Shown here: in pieces, positions 30,906 through 41,312 of the stretch
How positions within the stretch are numbered: position 1 is the first letter of the stretch
How the letters are laid out: the number at the start of each line of letters is the position of its first letter
Assembly (NCBI GenBank): GCA_963422365.1
Contig: OY729426.1
Coordinates: 224,001 to 288,000, forward strand
Source: Nitrospirales bacterium
GTDB lineage: Bacteria > Nitrospirota > Nitrospiria > Nitrospirales > UBA8639
Direction: 5' to 3'
Length of the DNA stretch: 64,000 nucleotides
The notes under the pieces: model-generated
Database searches by the model: none
Told to the model about the DNA's origin: nothing
The model's input: the letters and a program-made list of their open reading frames with translations, nothing else
Position numbers and translations under genes: made by a program

Positions 30906-30981
30906 TGGTAGGCGGAACAGGGCTCGAACCTGCGGCCTCTGCCTTGTAAGGGCAGCGCTCTCCCAACTGAGCTATCCGCCC
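30906..30981 (-). tRNA. tRNA-Val(TAC)
   Basis: Reverse complement GGGCGGATAGCTCAGTTGGGAGAGCGCTGCCCT-TAC-AAGGCAGAGGCCGCAGGTTCGAGCCCTGTTCCGCCTACCA. Confidence 0.97.
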
Positions 30982-31186
30982 CATGCATTCAAAAATCCGA
31001 TGTTTTTTTAATTATATCAGCCAAGTATACTGTGTCAACCGTAAGGAATACAGATCGCTGCATGCACCACATCGGCACAAAAATCCACAATACGCTTGAG
31101 AAATACGGGTGCGACCCTTTAAAGTTCGGACTTCGTCATTCAGAACCATGTCAGCAAGAAGTCTTGGTGACTGCTGAGATCGAACA

Positions 31187-31993
31187 ATGACATACAAAAT
31201 TAGACATATCAGCAAACAGGTGGCCTCTGAAAATCCTCAATTGTTATCCCGAAGCGAACGGATGTGGCTATTCGCAGAATTCCATCGTGGTGCGATCATG
31301 ACCGGAATGATCGTCGCGGGCCTGGTGATGATCCTTCTTGGTGCCCTTCTCTGGCTACAGTACCAACAGGACCAAGATGCGTTAGCCCTTGAACATCAAG
31401 CCGCTCAAGCCTACCTTGACCGATCCCTTGAGGATGTCGATGCCGCAAAAGAGTCGCTGCAAGAAGCCGTGACCTTGTATCGACAAATCATCGAGGAATT
31501 TCCTCGGACCACCAGTGCTCAGTTGGCCTGGTATTTTATTGGAAATGCCTTAGCCGAACAAATTGACCACGCCGGAGCCATTGACGCGTATCAGCATTTC
31601 ATCAACCAAGCGGGAACCTCTCCCGCTCTGCTTGGGTTGGTCTACCAACGACTGGGGGCCACCTATCTGGCAAATGGTGAACGCGAAAAAGGAATCAACG
31701 CCTATACTCAAGTACTTCACATTCCCCAAACGCTCAACAAAGATCAGGCGCTTTTCGAACTCGCAAAGCTTGAGGAATATGAAAACCACAATGACCAGGC
31801 ACTCGCCCGTTACAAACAATTGTTAGATGAACATCCAACCTCGCCCTATGCGAGTGAAGTCGCCTTGCGAGTCAAGATTCTTGAAATGCCTCCAGAGGAA
31901 TCTGCCGGTGAAGCCCGTGAGGAGGAACCCGAACCTGAAGGCATTCAGGAGGGGAAAAGAGCCGAGGAAGAACAGAGGAGAGAAAGCAGATGA
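31187..31993 (+). CDS. Membrane-anchored TPR protein (YfgM-like)
   Basis: Single TM followed by TPR helices and an acidic tail. Confidence 0.8.
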   Translation: MTYKIRHISKQVASENPQLLSRSERMWLFAEFHRGAIMTGMIVAGLVMILLGALLWLQYQQDQDALALEHQAAQAYLDRSLEDVDAAKESLQEAVTLYRQIIEEFPRTTSAQLAWYFIGNALAEQIDHAGAIDAYQHFINQAGTSPALLGLVYQRLGATYLANGEREKGINAYTQVLHIPQTLNKDQALFELAKLEEYENHNDQALARYKQLLDEHPTSPYASEVALRVKILEMPPEESAGEAREEEPEPEGIQEGKRAEEEQRRESR

Positions 31994-31997
31994 TTTC

Positions 31998-33437
31998 TCA
32001 GGAAGCGATCTTCAACATCCGTCCGGCTCGAATCAAACTGCTTCGTAAATTATTTAAGATCTTCAGATCCTGCACCGATACCTGAAATCGTTGGGCAATG
32101 CTCCAGAGGCTGTCGCCGCGCCGCACACGATACCACCGTACCTCACCACCAATCTCCGTGACATCTTCGTGGATGCGCAACCGCTGTCCAACCTTGATTA
32201 AACTCCCTGAGAGACCATTGAGACTTTTTAATTGCCTGACGCTCGTCCCGAAGCGATGCGCAATGACCGACAAATTGTCTCCCCGCCGCACACGATGCCA
32301 CGTGATCTGAGACGGGGGTTGCGTCCACTTCTTCATTTGGGATTTGGCCTGCTCCACCTGCTCTCCCATTCCCACGGGGACCTTTAAATAATAGCCATCT
32401 TGATCCGGTGGAATGATGCTGCGCCGGAGTTCAGGATTTAACCGCCGAAGCTCTTGAAAAGGAATCCCCGTCTCTTTGGCGACGGATCGCAAATGAACGG
32501 ACATGTTCATGCGAATCTCTTCGTATTGATGAACCGCTTGAGAATGGGAGTAAAAGCCAAACAACGCAGGACGTGTCGCGATAATCCTGGCTGCCATAAA
32601 TTTGGGAACGTATTGCCGTGTTTCCCGACGGATAAAGCGCGTCCGAGCGATTTTCCAGAAATCCCGGGTCCCTGTTTTTTGAATCGCACGACTGATTTTC
32701 CCGGCACCGGCATTATATGCCGCGAGGGCCAAGGGCCATGAGCCGAAACGGTCATAGAGATCTCGCAAGTGTTGGGCTGCCGCAACCGTGGATTTCATGG
32801 GGTCCCGACGTTCATCGACGTACCAATTGACCGTCAACCCATACATCTGGCCCGTGCTTTTGATAAATTGCCAAGGACCTGACGCGCGCGCGCGCGAATA
32901 CGCCCTTGGGTTAAACCCACTTTCGACTAACGACAGGTAAATCAATTCCTGCGGCAGTCCCAACTCAACAAAGATCTGCTCGAGTCTCGGCTGGTATCGG
33001 TGAAATCGAGTTAACCATGCTTGGAAGCGGTCAGGAATAACGGTTTGAAAGTAGTGAATATTGCGTTCGACCTCAGGATTGACGATAACGGGAATATCGT
33101 CATACAGGATCGCGGCTTCAGCTTCCCCTTCACGTGAGGGTGCCGCCAACACATTCCCATCACGCCATTCTGATGGCTTGGCAAGGGAGGAAGAATCTCT
33201 GTTTGCTTGACGAGTAGGGGAATCAGATTGCTGGACGGGGAAATACACAAGACCCGTTTGGCTCGCAAGCAGGGCCAGCTCAGACGAACCCGCGGCATTG
33301 AGCGGTTGTTGTGTTCCGGAAGCAACAACTTCGCCGGCGATAAAGAAAAACCCTGAGAGACAGAACAGGCAGAACATAGAGACAACCTGAGCAGGTTTTG
33401 AAGACCCTTCTCTCTCGAACCAGTTAATTTTCCTCAT
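31998..33437 (-). CDS. mltD: MltD-like lytic transglycosylase with LysM domains
   Basis: LVESGFNP, GPWQF, ALAAYNAG, ETRQYVPK, two LysM (VRRGDNLS, VRRGDSLW). Confidence 0.92.
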   Translation of the reverse strand: MRKINWFEREGSSKPAQVVSMFCLFCLSGFFFIAGEVVASGTQQPLNAAGSSELALLASQTGLVYFPVQQSDSPTRQANRDSSSLAKPSEWRDGNVLAAPSREGEAEAAILYDDIPVIVNPEVERNIHYFQTVIPDRFQAWLTRFHRYQPRLEQIFVELGLPQELIYLSLVESGFNPRAYSRARASGPWQFIKSTGQMYGLTVNWYVDERRDPMKSTVAAAQHLRDLYDRFGSWPLALAAYNAGAGKISRAIQKTGTRDFWKIARTRFIRRETRQYVPKFMAARIIATRPALFGFYSHSQAVHQYEEIRMNMSVHLRSVAKETGIPFQELRRLNPELRRSIIPPDQDGYYLKVPVGMGEQVEQAKSQMKKWTQPPSQITWHRVRRGDNLSVIAHRFGTSVRQLKSLNGLSGSLIKVGQRLRIHEDVTEIGGEVRWYRVRRGDSLWSIAQRFQVSVQDLKILNNLRSSLIRAGRMLKIAS

Positions 33438-33610
33438 CTTTTGTTCTGATGTCCCTACTCTATTTTGAGAATCTAACGAGAACGCACGCCTCTGTCAAGA
33501 ATTTAATGTGGATTGTGTCTATCAGACATTATCACTACCGGTTTTTACTGTTATCCCTGCTGTATTTCTCCTTATCATACACACAGGACATGCGTCAGTT
33601 CGAGATATTT

Positions 33611-33636
33611 GTAGCGGCGCGATCTTATCTCGCGCC
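33611..33636 (+). repeat. GTAG REP-like palindrome
   Basis: GTAGC-GGCGCGA-TCTTATC-TCGCGCC. Confidence 0.65.
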
Positions 33637-33735
33637 TAGCCGGATGAGGCTTGTCTCGGACCGCCTGCCTGTGTCAGGCCGGTGACCAGGGATGGCAGCC
33701 CTATGCTTTGCCGCATACTCGGGTGAGGGCTAACG

Positions 33736-34611
33736 CTACGGCGTCGAAAGAGCAGCAGCACATCGAAACCCAGTCGAATGATTCCGGTCGAGTGGATTAC
33801 TGGCCACCCGGGTAAAAATTCTCACTTGCGGGGTTTCCACTTGCCACCCGGAACTGCGTATAACCCGACGGGTCCCGGTCGCAGGCCCTTGAGGATTCCG
33901 GCGAGGACTTCTGGAATAATACATCGCGTCATACCAATCTGCGACCCACTCCCAGACGTTACCCGCCATATCATAGACCCCGTAGGGGCTTTTGCCTTTC
34001 TCATACATCCCAACTGGCACGAAGGTCTTTTCGCCTTGCCAAGCCTGGTTGAAATTAAGGTGCTGATGCGTTGGTTCGACGTTCCCCCAAGGGAACCGTC
34101 GATCATCGGTCCCTCGCGCAGCCTTCTCCCATTCGGCTTCGGTCGGCAACCGCTTACCTGCCCATTGACAATAGGCATCAGCATCGAACCAATCCACATT
34201 GACTACCGGCAAGGCAACGATGGACTCCGGCATCAATCCCCCTTGCCATACATTTTTCGACGGATCGGTCTGGTGAGACGGCGTTCGATGGCCGGTCGAA
34301 CGAATAAATTCTAAATACAGGCCATTGGTCACTTCATATTTGTCAATGGAATAGGCGTCCAATTCGACTTCGTGATTAGGGTATTCATCCACCCCCCCGT
34401 CCCGAGCCCCTTTGGGCACGCCCATGAAAAACGGGCCGGCCGGAATCACCACCATGAGTGCACCATCCCGACCGATACTCGAAGAGGCCACGTCCGCATA
34501 AGCCCGCTCGATGACAGGCCAAGACACATCGTTCACTCCCATTCCAATGAACGCACACGCGCCGAGAAGCAGCGTCCTCGCGCTCTTCGCCATCGTGGCT
34601 TTCCTTGTCAC
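33736..34611 (-). CDS. FGE-sulfatase (SUMF1/EgtB/PvdO) domain protein, exported
   Basis: YEVTN, RLPTEAEWEKAARG, YDMAGNVWEW, GFRC. Confidence 0.92.
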   Translation of the reverse strand: MTRKATMAKSARTLLLGACAFIGMGVNDVSWPVIERAYADVASSSIGRDGALMVVIPAGPFFMGVPKGARDGGVDEYPNHEVELDAYSIDKYEVTNGLYLEFIRSTGHRTPSHQTDPSKNVWQGGLMPESIVALPVVNVDWFDADAYCQWAGKRLPTEAEWEKAARGTDDRRFPWGNVEPTHQHLNFNQAWQGEKTFVPVGMYEKGKSPYGVYDMAGNVWEWVADWYDAMYYSRSPRRNPQGPATGTRRVIRSSGWQVETPQVRIFTRVASNPLDRNHSTGFRCAAALSTP

Positions 34612-35465
34612 TCCGTACTTTCCTGCTCGGCCCGTCGCAACGCGCGCATCAGCACGGGATCGTTCAACGCCATCTCGCTCAGCGCATCCATGACGTGAAG
34701 GCCTTTGGCTTCCATCAACTCTTTGGCCTTGGCATATTGTTTGGCATTGAAGCGAGCAGCCGTCGGTTGGTTATTAATCACTTGGCACGCAAGGACCCCG
34801 TCTTCAAGGTCCAACGTGCCTCCCTCCTCCATCAACGCCTGCGCCTGCAGGACCGTGATGCCGTGGAGCTCGGCAAATTCCTGGATCCCGCCGGTTTCGA
34901 CCATCGAGCCATCCGGCATCGAACACTTGCGTTTGAAAGAAGGCGACCAGTCTTTACGAAAATCGATATAGCGAAGGTCTCCCCCTTGAGCCACCGACCG
35001 ATCCAGCTTGCTGTAATCAAGCCCGAGATTTTTTTGTTTGAGGCGTCCTTGCAATTCCTCGGAGAGCCCCCGGTAAAATACACATGACACCGCCTCGGCC
35101 AAAGGAATACCCGAAAACCTCGAGATCTGTTCTGCTTGCGCGGTTTGTTCCAAATCCAAGACCCAAGTCTGCTTGGGCTCCTGTCCGGTCGGATCGACCC
35201 TGCACGCAAACAACCCGCGCGTCACCACGCCCCCTGTTTCCGGATACGTATACAGCCCGCCTTCCGTTAACAAACGTTGCATGTCGTCAACCGGAATCTC
35301 ATAACTTTCCCCGAGAACCTTGGCGTGATGCTCGATCTTTTCTTCACCGGCCATGGCGCACACCATGACGTTCCCCGGAGGATCGAAATCCGTGTAATTC
35401 TCCAACACGTTATAGAGTTGTGGCTGTTTGACCGGTTTAAGCGGCCGCTTTTTTATTTTAAACAT
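34608..35465 (-). CDS. Hypothetical protein with internal duplication
   Basis: 285-aa ORF whose stop overlaps the FGE-gene start; two similar halves. Confidence 0.8.
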   Translation of the reverse strand: MFKIKKRPLKPVKQPQLYNVLENYTDFDPPGNVMVCAMAGEEKIEHHAKVLGESYEIPVDDMQRLLTEGGLYTYPETGGVVTRGLFACRVDPTGQEPKQTWVLDLEQTAQAEQISRFSGIPLAEAVSCVFYRGLSEELQGRLKQKNLGLDYSKLDRSVAQGGDLRYIDFRKDWSPSFKRKCSMPDGSMVETGGIQEFAELHGITVLQAQALMEEGGTLDLEDGVLACQVINNQPTAARFNAKQYAKAKELMEAKGLHVMDALSEMALNDPVLMRALRRAEQESTE

Positions 35466-35649
35466 GGGGAGTCCCTGTCATTCCCACCCCCGATTAAAAA
35501 CATCGGGGACAGGCTCTTTGCTCTGTGCCATTCCCCATTTGTTAGCAGGAATCCAGCGGATTGAAGCGGAGTTTCCTCCACCAATTGACGGCGTAGCGAT
35601 AAGGTTCATTATTGCCACCCTTCACCCTCAAATGCTAGATCTGCTTGTC

Positions 35650-36252
35650 ATGAGCGCCTCACAACAACTGGCAACCTTGTTCTGGCGATACCATGCCTTT
35701 CAATGGGACCCTCAGCAAGGCTTTGTGCTGGCCTCCGGAGAAACGAGTCCCTATTACGTGGACTGCCGGGCCCTACTCGCGCATCCCGATGCCCGGTGGC
35801 TCGTGGCCCGACTCGCGTGCGAGGTTATCCGCGACCTCTCCATTGATGCAGTGGGTGGCCTGGAGATCGGAGCCATCCCACTGGCAACAGCTATATCCGA
35901 TTATGCCTTTGCGACTCAACCTTCCAGAACCTACGACACCTTCGTCGTTCGCAAACAAGCCAAGGATCATGGACTGGGAAAACGAATCGAAGGCGCAGTC
36001 AAGACCAAGGCCAGCGTGTTGGTCGTCGATGACGTCCTCACGAGCGGCGGGTCGCTCTTACAAGCTCTCCAAGCCGCCAAAGAAGCGCAATTTCATGCCT
36101 CACATGCCCTGGTGATCGTGGACCGGCAAGACCAAGCGGGCAAACAGAAAATCGAAGCGCAAGGGGTGTCCTTGGTGAGTTTACTAACCATGGACGACTT
36201 AAAAGCCGCCCAACCCAAGACAGCATTCACACCAATCCAATCAATCCAATAG
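35650..36252 (+). CDS. pyrE: Orotate phosphoribosyltransferase
   Basis: FVLASGETSPYYVDCR, VRKQAKDHG, VVDDVLTSGGS. Confidence 0.93.
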   Translation: MSASQQLATLFWRYHAFQWDPQQGFVLASGETSPYYVDCRALLAHPDARWLVARLACEVIRDLSIDAVGGLEIGAIPLATAISDYAFATQPSRTYDTFVVRKQAKDHGLGKRIEGAVKTKASVLVVDDVLTSGGSLLQALQAAKEAQFHASHALVIVDRQDQAGKQKIEAQGVSLVSLLTMDDLKAAQPKTAFTPIQSIQ

Positions 36253-36305
36253 CTGAGCAACGTCTTTCCCGTTCCTGGACTCCGTTTATCACACTGCACC
36301 TCCTC

Positions 36306-36420
36306 TTGTCATCCTGTCCAAAGCACAGAACTTGTCACCCTGAGCCATGCAAATGGTCTCGTAGTTACGTGAGAGATTTCTCGCTTCGCTCGAAATGACA
36401 ATTGTTCTTTTGTCATCCTT
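36306..36420. repeat. Degenerate TGTCAT...ATGACA palindromic intergenic repeat
   Basis: TTGTCACCCTGAGC...GAGATTTCTCGCTTCGCTCGAAATGACAA plus two extra TTGTCATCCT starts. Confidence 0.55.
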
Positions 36421-36423
36421 GTC

Positions 36424-37461
36424 TGTATTCAGTCATTCATTGACAAGATTCGTTCATGTGTTTGGGGGTTTTCCCCTGCAGAGCCTGAGGCGTCTGACCT
36501 CGTTGAAGTAGAGTACCTATTGCTCTAATTCGTCCTGAAACTCCGACAGCGTGGCAAACAGGGTGCCGTCAATCAGGTCGTCGTTCAAGGTCCGCCAGAA
36601 CCGCTCCACCTTGCCGTTGGTCTGCAGCCGGTAGGGCCGGGTCTACTGATACTTGATCCTTCACTCCAGTAGCATGCGTTCAAACGGCTGCGTGGCGGGC
36701 GGGCTCGGGGCCTCGAACTCAGGCCTGTTGTCACTTAAGACCTCGGCAAACTGGAGTTGATAGTGCCCGTGCAACAGCTTGAAGCTCTTCAACGCACTGA
36801 ACATCACGGTCCAACTCTTCAGATCACTCCCCACCTCGGCCCACGCCAGGTGGAGACAGGCGTCGATCACGCACACCAGATAGGAGCGGGTAGAATCCGA
36901 GGCAAGCAGGTCCTTGCTCAAATGATGGCAGTCGATATGCCCCAATTCGCCTGCTTTGTGCTCGACAATCGGGCGCTTCTGCTGAATCATCTGGGGAGTC
37001 AGGCGATTCAGCCCATGCCGTTGAGTCATCCGATACACCGTGCTCGGGGACGAGGTCAGGTGCTTTGAGGCGTGGCTGTAAGAGTTGGCAAATCTCATAG
37101 CGATTGACTCCCTTCCGCCGGTGCTGCAGCACCTGTTGCTCACTCTACCCGGAGGGGTAGCGACTTTTCCACTTCGGGCCGCGTGGCTAGGGGACCAGCG
37201 CCGAGTCATCGCCCCGCTGGCAGAACCGATGATCATACTTCAAGAACGTTTGCCGGTGGGTCTGATGAAGCTGGTAGAAATCCACCACAAAGCGGAACGT
37301 GTGATGCCCGTTCTGTTTGACCAATTCATACTCCTGGACCAGGAATTTCCACTTCCTGACATCGTGGCGGAGAGGGTCTTGTCATGGGTATTGTGTCACA
37401 TCGGTTCGCCTCTAGAGTAAAGGGGAATCCGCCGCTGATTCTGTCAACGAATGAGTAAACG
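36424..37461 (-). mobile_element. IS481-family insertion sequence with inactivated transposase
   Basis: Imperfect terminal IRs share TCATTCRTTGACA; about 1.04 kb. Fragments KWKFLVQEYELVK, GELGHIDCH, VLSDNRPEF and QTNGKVERFWRTL, with stops and frameshifts. Confidence 0.88.
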
Positions 37462-37611
37462 TTGACAATCCTGAATAAACCCGTATTGATATATGGAAAA
37501 TATTACTTAATGTAATTAATGTATATTTGTACATCACTATATTGGATTAGACACTTAAAATGATATATTAAAATATATTATATTCTAATTTTAATATAGA
37601 TAGAATAGTTC

Positions 37612-38227
37612 ATGAACATGAACTACGCGACTGAACATATAGCCAATAAGCTGAGGATCACCCGTGAAGCCAAAGGCCTCAGCCAGCGAGAGTTAAGCGC
37701 TAAATCAGGCGTACCGCAGAGCCATATTTCGAAGATCGAGAACGGCGCTGTCGATCTCAGAGCTTCAAGCCTGGTCGCGCTTGCCCGTGCCCTTGATCTG
37801 GAAGCTGATCCTCGTGCCCAGCAAGTCCTTTTCAGCGGTTCAGTCAATTGCAAACAGCACCACAGCCAATGCCGTGCAGCATGGCAAGGCCGTCCATCAG
37901 GCCCAAATGGAGTTGGTACGTCTGCAAAACGCGATCAGCAATCTGCCAACCGACCTTTTGACGAAAATTAAAGAACTAGCGCAGTTTCAGCGTCAGGTGC
38001 GCGAGCTTTCGTACTTTCGGCCTACCCTACTAGAAATCCAGACAATCCGGGATGCCAATCAGGCAGTCAAGGCGTTCTTGCACAACACCTACGATCGGAG
38101 CGCTCTGCGCCAATCCCTGTCCCGGCTTGAGGAGCTGCGTAATGCGCTCGCGCATGGCCGGATCGCGGGCGACGAAACCGAGTCTGTGCGCCCGGCCTAC
38201 AGCCTCAAAGAGGATGATCATGGCTGA
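37612..38227 (+). pseudogene. HipB-like XRE antitoxin, frameshifted near 37803
   Basis: HTH LSQRELSAKSGVPQSHISKIENG; DLE continues as LILVP in another frame. Confidence 0.8.
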
Positions 38228-39447
38228 GGTGAATGTCCTCGATGTCCTGCTTTACGACGAGCCGATTGGCATGCTCACCCATGTCGACGGTGACCGGACG
38301 CTTTTTGCCTTCAAGGATGCCTACATCGCGGATGAGAAGCGGCCCGTGCTCGGATTGGGCTTCAAGGATCAGCTCGGTGCACTGATCAGCGCCTTCAGGC
38401 CTACCCAGACACGAGTCATGCCGTTCTTCTCGAATTTGCTGCCCGAGGGGCATATGCGTACCTATCTTGCTGAGCGCGCAGGCGTGAAACCTGTACGTGA
38501 GTTTTTTCTGCTCTGGGTGCTCGGCATGGATCTGCCAGACGCTATCACGATCAGGGCGAGAGATGGCGAAGCATGGCCACCCGATGATTATGGTGCGACC
38601 GGTGATGGTGGTCATGATGATGATCGCCGCGATAACGCCCTACGTTTTTCTTTGGCTGGTGTGCAGCTCAAATTTTCAGCCTTAGACAAGGCCGGTAGCG
38701 GGCTGACCATCCCGGGTCAGGGGCATCGGCGGCTCGTGGATCGTCAAGCTGCCTTCGCGCGAATTTGCAGGAGTCCCAGAGAATGAATTCTCGATGATGA
38801 CCCTGGCCCGGCTGATTGGTATGGATGTGCCTACGATGCAACTTATCGATATCGATGCCATCTGGAATCTACCGGACGGTATCGGTACTCTTAACGGGCA
38901 GGCGCTTGCAATCGAGCGCTTCGACCGTTTACCGGACGGCGGTGTCGTTCACATCGAGGATTTCGCGCAGCTATTCGGTGTCCATCCCGAGAAAAAGTAC
39001 GAGAACGCCAGCGCCCGTAGTATCGGCAGGGTCATCGGCGCCGAGAGCAGCGAAGCGGACATTGCCGAGTTTATCCGCCAGCTAACCTTCAACACGCTTA
39101 TCGGCAATGCCGACATGCATTTAAAGAACTGGGCGCTGATCTACCCGGACCGGCGGCATGCCGCCTTGGCGCCAGCCTATGACTTTGTTCCCACGATCGT
39201 CTACATCACGGATGGCAAGGCTGCTCTGACTTTCAGCCGGACCAAACGCTTTTCTGAATTTCCAGAAGATGAGCTGTCCCATCTTGCCGCCAAGGCCCTG
39301 CTGCCAGAAAGGCTCGTTCTCGATACAGCCCGTGAAACCGTCGCACTGTTTCACCAGCACTGGCAGGCCGAAAAAACGAACCTTCCGTTTGCCACCGAAG
39401 TGGTACAGGCCGTTGAGGCTCATCTGAAGACCGTCCCTATCGCTTGA
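38220..39447 (+). pseudogene. hipA: HipA-family kinase toxin, frameshifted near 38714
   Basis: FFSNLLPEG, FSLAGVQLKF | WIVKLPS...ENEF, ERFDR, HIEDFAQ, GNADMHLKN, LAPAYD. Confidence 0.88.
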
Positions 39448-39468
39448 GCACACCATTACTGTTAGCCC

Positions 39469-39915
39469 TTATTTTATAGAACCGGTAGCAGGGCGCTGCA
39501 AAGAATCCGGTTCACAGTACTCCAGAGAGGGAAGGGTCGGCAGACTATTACAGACCTTCTGAGCGGTTGTCATCTGTTGCCATTCGGCCCATTCAAAAAC
39601 CCAGACTTTGAAAAGAGGCAGATCTCCTCTCATTTTCAGGCCCGCGGCTGCTGTTTTTGTCAAGAATTGCTGCTTTTTCCCCTTCATCAGGCCAGCGGTG
39701 AAATTTGAGAATAATACCTTTTGCCTGAAGGCTTTCCTAGTCAACCGCAGGAACAGATTCCAGTTTTTTTTGTTTCAGATGCAGGCCGTTGCAAATACGA
39801 AGACTCTGCTAATACAAGACTGTTTTTACTGGCATCGTCTTTCAATGGAAATGTTGTTCCACTGGCAACATAGACTATCAAGAAACAACAAAAAAGCTGA
39901 AGTCTTCAAACTCAT
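39469..39915 (-). pseudogene. Decayed exported protein resembling a subtilase (S8) propeptide
   Basis: Lower GC than flanks; fragments MSLKTSAFLLFL, GIILKFHRWPDE, FKVWVFEW and LEYCEPDS in different frames. Confidence 0.4.
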
Positions 39916-40057
39916 AATCCGAAGGTCGTAGGCGCGACCGTGGTGCCAGTGGCGCCGTGATGGACAAGGATGCCGAACTGCAGGGTCTTTTCTGGAAGGT
40001 TTTCGATGATGCCGCTGTCCTGGAAAGGTGACGACTCCCTGGTCAGCAACTGACCGT

Positions 40058-40492
40058 TCACCGGCCAACGGTCTCTACGCCCTCACCGCCGAAGCGTGTC
40101 GCGCAATAGCCGATAATGAGCCCGGCGACAGCGCCGTCGGCCACGAACCAGAATGGCGAACTGAGGAAACCATCCGGGCCGAACATGGCCGCCAGCAACC
40201 GTTTCATCGTGTCGTAGGCGAAGAATGTCAGGACAAAATTCATCCAGGCTCCAAGAAACGGGGCGCGAACCCACCAAGGCATGGGCAGCTTCAAAACGGG
40301 GTGCCAAGTGAACACACCGAACATCCCGATGATCGCTCCCAGCGTGGTGTACCAAAGCAAGATTCCCCATCGGATCAGCCAGCCTGCTTCGGGCACAAAC
40401 CAAGGGAGACAAACAAAGCCCGTGAGGCCCATCAGGAAGCCGATGGCCTTTCCGATGGCGATTCGGGGAATTAACAATGGATTACCAAACAT
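40058..40492 (-). CDS. Hypothetical integral membrane protein
   Basis: GAGG RBS; about 4 TM segments; ends TRFGGEG. Confidence 0.8.
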   Translation of the reverse strand: MFGNPLLIPRIAIGKAIGFLMGLTGFVCLPWFVPEAGWLIRWGILLWYTTLGAIIGMFGVFTWHPVLKLPMPWWVRAPFLGAWMNFVLTFFAYDTMKRLLAAMFGPDGFLSSPFWFVADGAVAGLIIGYCATRFGGEGVETVGR

Positions 40493-40565
40493 CCTCGCAC
40501 CCCATTTTGCGGCATGGCTACTGTATGAACAGTACATTTTAGCATCTATGCGCTTGCCTGTGTTG

Positions 40566-40865
40566 TTAGTCCTTAGGATGTTTGTAGAACGCCACGAAAA
40601 ATTTGGCGTCCTCAGACAAACGCACATAATGAACTTCTTCCGGCAAGATGACGAACGTCTCTCCCAATGGAATGACCGCAAACGGCGCATCGTCTCCTTG
40701 CCGGAAATAGCTCACCGTACCGGCCTCAACCGTGAGAAGCCCCCATGTTCCGGCTTGCAAATCATGATGATTCAGGAGCTTGTCGGGCACGGTTTCGTTC
40801 GTGAACAAAGGGGTCCTTCCATGCGACTCTCCATCGTCTGGCAAGTCACGCTGTTCAGTCATCAT
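40566..40865 (-). CDS. DUF1971 (TehB N-terminal/YeaR-like) cupin protein
   Basis: TPLFTNETVPDKLLNHH...GTWGLL...PEEVHYV...FFVAFY. Confidence 0.82.
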   Translation of the reverse strand: MMTEQRDLPDDGESHGRTPLFTNETVPDKLLNHHDLQAGTWGLLTVEAGTVSYFRQGDDAPFAVIPLGETFVILPEEVHYVRLSEDAKFFVAFYKHPKD

Positions 40866-40960
40866 GCAGCCTCCATCTCAAGCAACTTTTTAGCCCTTCA
40901 TTGTGATTGACTCGGGCTTCAATCGCATAACAGATTATCAAACTGGCCTAGGGCAAAGGG

Positions 40961-41284
40961 TCACTTCGCACATTGAAACTGAATGCCCCACCAGTCTTCA
41001 GTCATCACTTCTGTTCCACCCATGCCCTCGACCACTCGTTGCCGGCCTTTTGTTTTTCCTTCTTTGAGCACCCGATACGGGCCACGACAAAATTTGCGAA
41101 TTTTTTCAAACGCCTCTACGCGCTTGAGTGAGCGTAGGTGTCCATCCTTTCCTTTGTAGACGTACCTGGCAACCCCGGATTCCGGGCTCTCTCGAATGAC
41201 CTGCACACCGCCGCCACACCCATAAAGTCCCATCACGACAATGAGAGACGCTCCTGCTCTTGACCAAATTCCAAAAGTAGGCAT
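40961..41284 (-). CDS. Hypothetical lipoprotein (start uncertain)
   Basis: LIVVMGLYGC lipobox-like; FCRG...FQC cysteine pair. Confidence 0.65.
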   Translation of the reverse strand: MPTFGIWSRAGASLIVVMGLYGCGGGVQVIRESPESGVARYVYKGKDGHLRSLKRVEAFEKIRKFCRGPYRVLKEGKTKGRQRVVEGMGGTEVMTEDWWGIQFQCAK

Positions 41285-41312
41285 AGGATATTGTAAACGC
41301 AAAAATTGCTTC

